Shown: piece by piece, positions 53,908 through 64,000 of the stretch
Layout of the letters: each line of letters begins with the position of its first letter
How positions within the stretch are numbered: position 1 is the first letter of the stretch
Assembly: GCF_006345805.1 (NCBI RefSeq)
Contig: NC_042999.1
Location: 9,238,001-9,302,000 of the forward strand
From: Octopus sinensis
Lineage: Eukaryota
DNA: 64,000 nt
Direction: 5' to 3'
Translations under genes and position numbers: made by a program
The notes under the pieces: model-generated
Seen by the model: the letters and a program-made list of their open reading frames with translations, nothing else
What the model was told of the DNA's origin: nothing
Database searches by the model: none

Positions 53908-54567
53908 GCACGCACTTGGCCTCGAAGCTGGCCGAGGAGACTTTGGCAGTAAAACGGTATTTTTCAATAAGTTTACTCACTCAATAACATGAGATCAAGC
54001 ATTGACTATGTACAGACAAATTATATATATTTATATATATATGTATGTATATATATATACACACACACACATATATATATGTATTTAATTTTATCGAGTT
54101 TAAGATATCGACAAGAAATTTCGCTATCTCTCAACCTTGCAAAATAGACTTGTAGCCTGTCAAAATAAAACAATATATTACTTCTTGTGACATTAGGAAG
54201 ACAAATTTATCTCTCGTCAGTGCAATATTTCGACAAATCAGTTTGGTTCTGCAAATAAATAATTTTAGCTGCTAATAAATTATTGGTTAGCAATGAAACT
54301 ACGCATATGAAGAAAAAATTGTGTCTTTGAAAGCGAAACAATAATTGCAGGCAGGAGGAAGGAAATTTCGATGATGGTATTAAAAGGAAAAAACAGTTAG
54401 GCGTAGTTTTAGGCAATGAAGCGATATAATAACGAATATGTGTTTAATGTGACATTTTCAATGCCATCTTACGAATATTGTCTCAGTATTTACTGGTAAG
54501 TTAACTAGAATCAGTTGTTAATCCTATAATTATCTAACGAAAAGTGATATGATTATTTCTCATGCTA

Positions 54568-55170
54568 AAGCGGCGAGCTGGCAGAAACGTTAGCACGCTG
54601 GGCCAAATGCTTAGCAGTATTTCGTCTGCTGTTACGATCTGAGTTCAATTTCTGCCGAGGTCGATTTTGCATTTCATCCTTTCGGAGTCGATTAAATTGA
54701 GTACCAATTACGCACTGGGGTCGATATAATCGACATAATCCGTTTGTCTGTCCTTGTTTGTCCTCTCTGTGTTTAGCCCCTTGTGGGTAGTAAAGAAATA
54801 GGTATTTCGTCTGCCGTTACGTTCTGAATTCAAATTCCGCCGAGGTCGACTTTGCGTTTCATCCTTTCGAGGTCGATAAATTAAGTACCAGTTACGCACT
54901 CTGGTCGATGTAATTGACTTCATCCCTTTGTCTATCCTTGTTTGTCCCCTCTATGTTTAGCCCCTTGTGGGCAATAAAGAAATTAGAAACGTTAGCATGC
55001 CGGGCGAAAAGCTTTGCGGTGTTTCGTGCGTCTTAGGTTTTATGTTCGTATTCTGCCGAGGTCGACATTGCTTTCCATCGTTTCGAAGCCTATAAAATTA
55101 GTACCAGTTGAAGATGGGGGTAGATGTAATCGATTTCTCCCTTCCTCTGAAATTACTGTCCTTGTTCCAA
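54568..55170 (+). mobile_element. Tandem trimer of SINE family B
   Basis: Units start near 54568, 54801 and 54986. The second and third lack parts of the head. Confidence 0.8.
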
Positions 55171-55282
55171 AATTTGAAGTTTCGATTTCTAATGTTTTCA
55201 TCGTCAAAACAAAACGCATCAGAGATCATTTCACTGATAAGAAACAAATGCAAGTGTTTATCTAAAAACAACAAGCAAATAT

Positions 55283-55636
55283 ATCCTTTATTTGTTTCGG
55301 TCATTAGACTGCGACCATGCTGGAGCATCGACTTGGCGAATCGACTCCAGCATTTACTTTTTTTTAAGCCTGTACTTATTCTATCGATTTCTTTTGCCGA
55401 GCCGCTAAGTTCTGAAGAGAAGAAATACATCAATACCGGTTGTTAAGCGGTAATGTACACACACACACACACACGCGCGGTTCTTTTCAGTTTCTGTTTA
55501 CCAAATCCACTCACAAGGCTTTGGTTGGCTTCAGGCTGTAGTGGAAGTCACTTGCCCAAGGTGTTACGCAGCCGGACTGAACCCGGAACCATGTGGCTAG
55601 GCAGCAAGCTCTTTACCACACAGCCACGCCTGCGCC
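55283..55636 (-). mobile_element. SINE family A (diverged)
   Basis: Reverse complement of head, body and tail. Confidence 0.8.
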
Positions 55637-56281
55637 TATGCCTGGCATTACTCTTCATAACTTCACTAACAATTAATCTCACTTTCCTGGCAATCACTCG
55701 ATTGTTTATTTTACAAACATCCTGTTTAACAGCAGTTATATTGAATGTAGAAAAGTTGCTACAAGCTCCAACCAATAACGGCAAAGAATATTTTACCATT
55801 GTTGAATTCTAAAAGGAATCAGAAATGTTTGGCGTTAGCTCGCTTGTTTATTCAGCCTAAGAATATTCTATAAAACCCTTGTATTCAGTCGCCATCAAAT
55901 AATCAAACCCACGTTTAGTCATTATTCAAATAGCAAAATTGATCCTGTGTATTGGGATGCTTGTATTCCATGTCTAAAAGGAATGGCTGTGTACACGTGA
56001 TGCTCTGCTTCTCATTTACAAAGAGACATGGTTTCCTTGCCACAAACTCTCTGTTGTTTAATCGCCTACTATCAAAAGAAACATTTGTTCGGCGAATGTC
56101 CGTGTGTAGTGTCACCCACACACAATACCTATAGACTGGAGTTAATTAACGTCGCTGATTCAGGTACAACACAGAATTTTCAAAACTGTTTTAATTTCGA
56201 AACCTTTCCGGATTTTTCGGAACTAAGGCTTCCTTAGTCAGCGCCCCCTAAATTAAACAAATGTTAAATTGAGTTAAATAT

Positions 56282-56435
56282 ATTTCTTTATTGCCCACAA
56301 GGGGCTAAACATAGAGGGGACATACAAGGACAGACAAAGGGATTAAGTTGATTAAATCTACCCCAGTGCGAAACTGGTACTTTATTTATCGACCGCGAAA
56401 GGATGAAAGGCAAAGTCGACCTCGGCGGCAATTGA
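56282..56435 (-). mobile_element. SINE family B fragment
   Basis: Reverse complement of the core and 3' part. Confidence 0.8.
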
Positions 56436-57359
56436 GTTAAATAATTAAATACAGGTGACTGTACCTTATTGCAAATTAGTGCAGATTATAAGAGGTTCCG
56501 GACCACCTGTACTCGGAAAGACTGTGTTGTTCTTATATTACAACTTCAGGTCATGTCTAAGACCACCTTGTCTTGTATCGTTATGGGTGTATTACAATAA
56601 AGACCATTAGCATGTTCTCTTCATATTAACTGACTATTAAAACAATTCAACGATTTAACGAAGAGAGAATTGAAACGTTCTCATATGAAAGAACAAACTC
56701 TAATTGGAAACTAGGCTGTTTTGCTTTGAAATCTCTCTACCGTTCTTCGAACACAAATCAATAAATTACAGGTGCAGAACATATCTAAATTTTGAGGGAT
56801 CTGAGTAGTTTGTCCCCTTCGAAGCGATATTGCTTTGATCTTATCTGAAAGGACCAAATCCACCAAAGCATTTGTTTGCATTATTGCATCCAAAACTTTC
56901 ATAATTTTGGGTTTCTTTTTTTTTTCCTTTACCTCAAATTACTTCGCATCAGCATTCATAGTTGCAAAGCTAAAATCACCGATAAGCCATATTATTCCCT
57001 AATCCCTGCTGTTTTCGTTTCAGTAATCACTAATCCGATGAATTATTTCATACACTATCACCTACCTTACATCATTTCTATGAACTTTCTCTTCGGTTAA
57101 TCAACTCAGGTTTATCGTAATTTTTTTCTATTTTCTGCAACTTTTATTATTATATTTCTCTTACAATTTGTTAACATTCCCGGAATAATTTGTGCCTTCA
57201 CTATTACCAATTCCAATGAAACATCATTTCGCATTCAATGATTCACTCGCCTTCATTGACTACCAACCCTAAATGGCAACCACCCCTGAATGGCAACGGT
57301 AGCTTCATCCTATGAGTTTACAAAAACCGCCCTGAAAAAGCAACCAATAGAAAGCCTTT

Positions 57360-57690
57360 TCTTTCTTTCTCTCTTTCCTTCTTTCTCTATTTCCTTTTTC
57401 CTCTCTTTCCTTTCTCTCTTTCCTTCTTTTTCTCTTTCCTTTCTCCCTTTCCTTCTTCCTCTCTTTCCTTCTTTCTCTCTTTCCGTCTTCCTCTCTTTCC
57501 TTCTTCCTCTCTTTCCTTCTTCCTCTCTTTTCTTCTTTCTCTCTCTCCTTTCTCTCTTTCCTTTCTCCCTTCCTTCTTCCTCTCTTTCCTTCTTTCTCTC
57601 CTTTCCTTCTTTCTCACTTTCCTTCCTCCCTTTCCTTCTTCATCTCTTTCCTTCTTTCTCTCTTTCCTTTTTTCCCTCTTCTGCTTCTTG
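57360..57690. repeat. CT-rich polypyrimidine minisatellite
   Basis: Recurrent CTCTCTTTCCTTCTTTCTCT-like units. Confidence 0.85.
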
Positions 57691-57698
57691 TTATTATG

Positions 57699-57885
57699 GC
57701 AAGCTGGCGCGGGATTTCGCCTGTCGCTACGTTCTGGGTTCAAATTCCGCCCTAGGTCCATTTTGCCTTTCATCTTTTCAGGGGCAATAAATTGAGTTCC
57801 AGTAAAAGACTGGACTAAAATCGACTAATCCCCTCTCTTGAAATTTCAGGTTTTGTGCCTATAGTAGAAAGGATTAATATTATAA
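57699..57885 (+). mobile_element. SINE family B (diverged)
   Basis: GGCAAGCTGGC head, GGGTTCAAATTCCGCC and core. Confidence 0.7.
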
Positions 57886-57902
57886 TAATAATTATTATTA
57901 TT

Positions 57903-58457
57903 GAGTGAGTGAGCAGTGCATGCCATCAAAGTGACACTGGGGTAAAATATACGAAGCCCAATATACCCATCATGACAACCCGTCTGATAAGGGTACACTA
58001 GGCACATGCATCACAACCTTATGTGCAGAACATGGTGATCTCATATCAAGATAAATAGTGCATGACCTTGAAGGTGGGGTCCAGTTAGAATTTTTTCTGA
58101 TTGAGTAGCCCATCCCGCTCAAAAGGTCCCCGAATAAGGGTTGTTTAAAGTATTGAATGAAACACCCATGTTTCCAGAGGTGAATTATCGAAACCTCAAT
58201 GAGTTCCTCTCAATATATGGTTATAATCTTCTACCCACTAATTCTGCTCGTAATCAGAGATGCACATATCATCAGCCACCAAGGGACATGCTCAACTGGC
58301 TAAGGTCAAACAACTGACAAGCAAATCTGTGGTATTGAGCAGAATATTTGCTGTTGCTCATATTTTATACCAAGACAAAACAATGTACATGATAACACTT
58401 CCAATCAGTTGAGATCAGAAGCCACGAGGGCCACTGCCTGGTACTGCATCAGGGCAT
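57903..58457 (-). mobile_element. About 555-bp non-coding element embedded in (TAA)n
   Basis: Unique-complexity sequence bounded on both sides by (ATT)n. The minus strand ends ...GCACTGCTCACTCACTC-(AAT)n. No ORF and no tRNA head. Confidence 0.5.
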
Positions 58458-58468
58458 TTATTATTATA

Positions 58469-58500
<32 letters not shown>

Positions 58501-58509
58501 CATCATCAT

Positions 58510-58585
<76 letters not shown>

Positions 58586-58786
58586 TATTATTATTATCAT
58601 TATTATTATTATATTATTATATTATTATTATTATTATTATTATCATTATTATTATTATTATATTATTATTATTATTATTATTATCATTTATTATTTATTA
58701 TTATTATTATCATTATTATTATTATTATTATCATTATTATTATTATTATTATATATTATTACTATTATTATTATTATTGTTATATT

Positions 58787-58997
58787 TTTCAGTAGTTTTA
58801 TTTTTACAGCGTGCTTTCACTTCACTACCAGCGCAGCTCTGTGTGCCTTGGGTATGTGCTGTGATTTGTTGTGATGCTCTGATGGTTATTGTATGGAAGT
58901 GTTCTGGCGTAGGATGTGTGCAGTGCCTAGTAGTGCAATTTTCTGTATGTTATATGTGTTGTAAGTCCTGGTGTTTTTGTGTATGTATTTGTCTGAA
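58787..58997 (-). mobile_element. R4/Dong family DA 3' fragment
   Basis: Reverse complement of the 4819-5003 sequence, in (ATT)n. Confidence 0.85.
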
Positions 58998-59057
58998 TAT
59001 TATTATTTTATATTATTATTATAATAATTATTATTATTATTATTATTATAATTATTA

Positions 59058-59099
<42 letters not shown>

Positions 59100-59158
59100 T
59101 TATTATTATTATTATTATATTATTATTATTATTATTATTATTATCATCATCGTCATTA

Positions 59159-59200
<42 letters not shown>

Positions 59201-59201
<1 letters not shown>

Positions 59202-59358
59202 GTCTTTGCACAGCTTCTAATACTGGAAATGTACTGCGGTGCCAGCTGTTCACTACCAGTGAACTAAGAAAATACCCCTTATTTTTCGGAGTATTCGAGC
59301 GGTTCCAAGCAGTGCTGCTTTCTGCAAGTGCTGCACCCTTATTGCAGCCCCTATTTGT
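59201..59358 (-). mobile_element. R4/Dong family DB 3' fragment
   Basis: Reverse complement aligns to 8725-8891 (QIGAAIRV..LQK.ALLGTARIL and 3'UTR). Confidence 0.8.
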
Positions 59359-59401
59359 TTATTATTGTTGTTGTTGTTATTATTATTATTATTATTATTA
59401 T

Positions 59402-59793
59402 AGATGTCGCACAGCATACAATATCGTGAGATTATTTATTGAATGTATTGACTACCAGGCGTTGGTACTATTTGTCAAGTCACAACAAGGACCTCAGACA
59501 GACAGTACCTTACACAATATGTGTGCAGTTCCAAGTGATGCCGACTTTTGCAATACACCTAGATTGTAGGGTATCTCTAAGGTTTTGAGATATCTTTTCA
59601 GATTGGTTGGTATTGAACCCAATGTTCCGATGACAATAGGGACAACCTTTATGTTTGACTCTCGTAGCTGCCACATTTTAGCGATCTCAATTCTCAGGTC
59701 TCCATATTTATCAACTTCTTTTCTCTTTCATGATGATATATTGATCTCCTGGTACTGCTACGTCGAATATTGGGTACTTTTGTTTGTCCCTCC
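59402..59793 (-). mobile_element. R4/Dong family DC 3' fragment
   Basis: KVVPIVIGTLGSIP...LQKSASLGTAHILCKVLSV*, then 3'UTR and (AAT)n tail. Confidence 0.85.
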
Positions 59794-59807
59794 TTATCAT
59801 TATTATT

Positions 59808-61010
59808 CCTTCGTAACACAGTGGAGGTAAAAATGCACCAGAGTCTTTAGTCAGCTGTCAAATCACAACAAGGACCTCTGACAGATAATACTTTCCTTAA
59901 AATCTGCGCTGTGCCCAATAACGCTGCTTTTTGCAATTCATCAATCTTACATGGGATTTCCAGTTGCCTAAAGAAATTTGAAGTTTCAATGGGATTGACT
60001 CCAACGCTCCAATCACCACTGGTATCACTTTTACATTACCCTCTCGCATTCCATACATTCTTGCCATTTTCACTTTCAATTCAGAGAACTTGGTGATTTT
60101 TTTCAACCTCTTTACTCACAACATTCATGTCACTTGGTATGGCTACATCAATGATCTGACAGCATTTGTCTCTCTTATTCAATATGACAATACCCGCCGA
60201 CGGTTTTCTATTACACGATCCGCTTGAAAACCATAGTCCCAGAGTATCGTTACTTTTCCATCCTTCTGCATAACTTTACTTGGTACATGTTCATACCAAT
60301 TCTCTGTTACTTTATATTGGTATTTACAGCATAAGAGCAAATGAAGATACACACACTTTATCGTGGCGGCGCTTGTATTCTTTTTGTGCAATGCTCTCAC
60401 ATCCACTTATCCAAGTGGGTCACACTTACCTCATTCTTTCCACAGAGTCTGTATTTCTGGGTGTCAGAAGTTTTATAGATGTTATACTTCACTGATTTGG
60501 TAGCGAGAGCCTGGTCTTGTGCAGCAATGATCAGACTTTCAGTGGTACGCTTCAAATCACCCCGATCAAGCCATGGCCACGATGCTGTATTATCCTTAAC
60601 GTCTTGTGTATTCCTTTCACACTTTCCATGCATTCTCATTTCAAGAAGGTCTTCTTTTCTCTTCTTCTCAGCTCTTTGGTTAAACTTTTTCCTTGTCCAT
60701 CATTTCATCTGCATATCCACCCTTATATTTCGCAGTATATTGCAACAAGTCTTCATCACTATTTATCAAATACTCGGCAAGCGTTCCCCCTTCACTCCTT
60801 ATACAATGGTCTATACAAATTAGTCCTCTGCCACCATTCTTTCTTTTCATATACAGACTGTTTACGCTTGCTTTAGGGTGTAGCGCCCCATGCAACGTCA
60901 TCAACTTTCTCGTCCTTATTGATATTTCCTCCTTAGTCCATTTGAGGATGGACGCACTATATCTGACAACCACAACTGCTCAGATATTCATTGCGGTAAT
61001 CAAATTTTTG
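59808..61010 (-). mobile_element. R4/Dong family DD, decayed 3' 1.2 kb
   Basis: VVRYSASILKWT...LHPKASVNSLYMKRKNGGRGLI, TESLIIAAQDQAL, ILWDY and VIPVVIGAL. 3'UTR shares GAGGTCCTTGTTGTGA with family DC. Confidence 0.85.
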
Positions 61011-61011
61011 G

Positions 61012-61065
<54 letters not shown>

Positions 61066-61097
61066 CATCATCATTATTATTATTATTAATATTATTA

Positions 61098-61315
61098 TTC
61101 AGTAGTCTTATTTTTATCACATGCCTTCACTGCACTACCGAGAGAAGCTTTGTGTGCCTTGGGTGTGTGCTGTGGTTTGTTGTAGTGCTCTTATTTTTAC
61201 TGTATTGAAAGTGTTTTACGTAGGATGTGTGCGGTGCCTAGTCGTGCAATTTTCAGTATGTTATATACATTCGTAAGTCCTGAGGTTTATATAAATTTGT
61301 AAGTCCTGGTGTTTT
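61098..61315 (-). mobile_element. R4/Dong family DA-like 3' fragment (diverged)
   Basis: Aligns to the DA 3' end. Small internal duplication of GTAAGTCCTG. Lies in (ATT)n. Confidence 0.8.
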
Positions 61316-61869
61316 ATTATTATTATTATTATTGTAAGTTGTTTTACCCGCTTTATTACTCTCATTAAGTGACTTGTATTCACCCGTCTAAAGTGAAAAA
61401 CTATGAAAAGAAAAAAAGCTAAATGAAATCATAACATGAACTTAGGAACGTAATTTGTCGAATACGGTAGCCATGGGGACTGTAATGTAAACAGTTGAGA
61501 AAAGCTGAGAGAAAGCCACGATTTTGCTTGACTTTGAATCGAAATTGGTTGTCTTATATTTGAATAATGCTGTTAATGCGAGTTGGATAAGGCTTGAGTG
61601 TTGCAATTCATATTTCGTTTCTCCGATGAATATTAATTCCAAATTCGAATTGCTATCAAGACTATTACAAAATTGTCAAATGCTGGAAGGATTCTGCCAG
61701 AAAATTGAATTAATTGCATTCGAAGTAATTCTTTAACTGTAATCAAAAGAGAACCTAGAAGGGAATTAATATCGAAGACATTACCAGAAATGAGTCGCAT
61801 GCAGGAGCCAAAAGTGACTGAACGATTCGAAAATTCAAGCAGTCGTACCAATTCTAGAATTTTTAATTC

Positions 61870-62040
61870 TTGCGGCACTTACACTCATCAACATCATTGT
61901 TCGACCGTGGTCGAGACAATGGAATTTACCATGCTACGCCAGACTTCACGGTCCATAATAGCATTACGGAGGTCCTGTTGCTGGATGCCTTTATCCCTGG
62001 AGATTACATCAGGGTAGGAGAGTGTGCACCCTCTGGTATC
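61870..62040 (-). mobile_element. RTE-like LINE 3' end
   Basis: Minus strand RDKGIQQQDLRNAIMDREVWRSMV followed by a short (ATG)-like tail. Confidence 0.55.
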
Positions 62041-62369
62041 ACGAGCAGATGGCTTCCAGAGGAGAAGAGTAGAAATTGCCTCGTTTTCAGCTCTGCACTT
62101 ACACTAGCTGCAAACTGACGAATTAACCAAATAATGTTTTTTGTTTCCACAAATATTCTTTGTCCTTGTTGGCAAGTTCTCCATTTGTAAACCAGATACA
62201 GGCAGAAAGATAACGCAAGAGTTTTGTGTGTGGGGACGTGTGTGTGTGTATGTATTTTGTTTATCTTTACAATGACACATTTTAATCGACTAAAACCTTT
62301 CAAAGTGCTGCCTCTGCATGGCCTCAGACTAAAGCTGAAACAATCAAGAGTAAAAGAGAGAGATAGTTC

Positions 62370-62700
62370 GTGCATCAAGAGTCTCTCGGCATTCGCAACA
62401 CACGTCCTCCATGGCAGTTTTATACCACTAGACTCGAGCATCCTCTCTTCCGGCCATTGGTTGATGGAGGTTCTTTTTCCTGATTTACCTCTTTTCTGTT
62501 TACCATGACAAGATTGCCACAGAAGAACACTAGTTCCTCCTTTTCTTGGAAGAGGTCTTTGATAGTCCTGTGTTGATGCTATGGCATATTTAGAACAGCA
62601 CAGATCATTCTGATGTACGTTCCACTAAGAATTTTCTTCATGAGAGTTGTAAGTTTCCATGTTATCGAACCGTAAACTGCAACTCTAAAGGAATCAATTT
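62370..62700 (-). mobile_element. Decayed RTE-like LINE 3' region
   Basis: Remnants YGSITWKLT, Y.RM..VLN and AM.D.. Confidence 0.5.
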
Positions 62701-63094
62701 GTTTTTCCTTTTTGTCTTTTCGCACTCAAAACAAGCCACCTCGGTTCGATTCTTTCACATAAAATCAGAAACAGATATCTTACCGAGAAAATGCAAAATG
62801 CATTATCAGTGATCATATTAAAGATGCAAATATCCTCCAACAGATTCTTCATAAAAACATCAATGAAATCGAACGATGTATCAACCGAGTATCTCTCTTA
62901 CAACCAAGATGAAACGGAAAACTTGCATCCTCTGTTTGAAGAGAAAATCAAAACAGCAGAGCACTACAAAAAAGTCATATCTCCAATTCAAGAACAATAT
63001 GGAAGGCAAGGAAACCCTAAACTGTTTTGGATAGAATATGGAAATCTTATCTTCCGGGGAATTATATATTATATTTATTCTTTTCTACTCTAGG

Positions 63095-63295
63095 CACAAG
63101 ACCAGAAATATTTGGGGGGGGGGGAGCAGTCGATTAGACCGACCCCAATACACAACTGGTACTTAATTTATCGACCCCGAAAGGATGAAAGGCAAAGTCG
63201 ACCTCGACGGAATTTGAACTCAGAACATAGCGGCAGACGAAATACTGCTAAGCATTTCGCCCGGCGTGCTAACGTTTCTGCCAGCTCGCCATTGC
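63095..63295 (-). mobile_element. SINE family B
   Basis: Reverse complement of head (GGCGAGCTGGCAGAA), B box and core. Confidence 0.85.
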
Positions 63296-64000
63296 TTTCA
63301 GTCAGTTTCCTTCAAATAAACTCTACTCACTGGAATATTGGTATAAATACTTATAGTTCCTTGTTATCTGATTCCATTTTGTTCTTTCTCATTTTCCACG
63401 GGTTTCACAATAAACAAAATCCAAAATTACGGAAACTAATTTCCTAATTTCATTTGGTCACATACCTATGACGTGATCTAACGTTTCGGTCTTCATTGTC
63501 ACACATCGATGAGTGTCACATATCGGTGATCAACTATTCGTGGAAGAATCAAGTCTATGATATGGTAATACAGCCGAGATATCGTCATAAATTCATGACA
63601 TATTCGTTGGAGAGTGTCACCTATACTTGACACGATTATATAACCGAGACATGATTATATGTAGGAGACATGATGATATAACTGAGACACAGTCTTAAAT
63701 ATCGAATTTCACCAATCTGTGACATGGGGATAAATATGGGAGAGCGTCACCTCTCTATGGCGTCACTACATGTTCTCAACCCAACAACATCAGACAGGAA
63801 GGACAGCTGCAACACAGAGATATGTAACTGGTAAATCTTTAATTACGTCTCATCTGTTAACATTTTTCAAACATATATCCGACATTTTAGATTGGCACAA
63901 AGCTTCTGAATATTAAAATGTTATGTTGTACAGCCTCCATCCTTCACTTAATTAAATAAACAGATAAATTCAGTAAAATTCTACTGTTACAAAATTGAAA

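Noticed and set aside
62791-63093. 100-aa plus-strand ORF (also 61442-61878 minus)
   Set aside because: No recognisable motif or splice support. ORFs of this length occur by chance, and this one ends in a SINE.
63470-63540. GAAACGTT motif with flanking GTGA/TCAC on the minus strand
   Set aside because: No CUGANGA-like core or stem II.

Overview
AT-rich, microsatellite-saturated eukaryotic DNA. The repeat families look like those of an octopus or other coleoid cephalopod (inferred from recalled SINE families and repeat load, not from a search). No host gene can be called with confidence; most ORFs in the supplied track are translations of (TA)n, (TG)n or (AAT)n repeats. The window is a mosaic of mobile elements. 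(1) About 20 copies of one tRNA-derived SINE (family A) with a built-in (TA)n(TG)n core, and about 10 copies of a second (family B). (2) Two clusters of R4/Dong-type (RLE) LINE pieces in (TAA)n arrays, always co-oriented with the array. (3) A nearly intact Penelope-like element (RT + GIY-YIG) at 15.8-18.4 kb. (4) A full-length but decayed CR1-type LINE at 39.0-43.8 kb, whose ORF1 joins a Myb/trihelix-like domain to tandem CCCH zinc fingers, plus a deleted relative at 50.8-52.2 kb. (5) A full-length DD34D mariner, MITEs, a non-autonomous Helitron, and RTE and Gypsy remnants. The most interesting signals: five small hammerhead-ribozyme-like motifs next to (TA)n tracts, four with recurrent non-canonical cores (CUGUNGA twice, CCGACGA twice); repeated use of the SINE-A internal microsatellite as a landing pad by other element classes; and a candidate non-tRNA, (TAA)n-targeted element.
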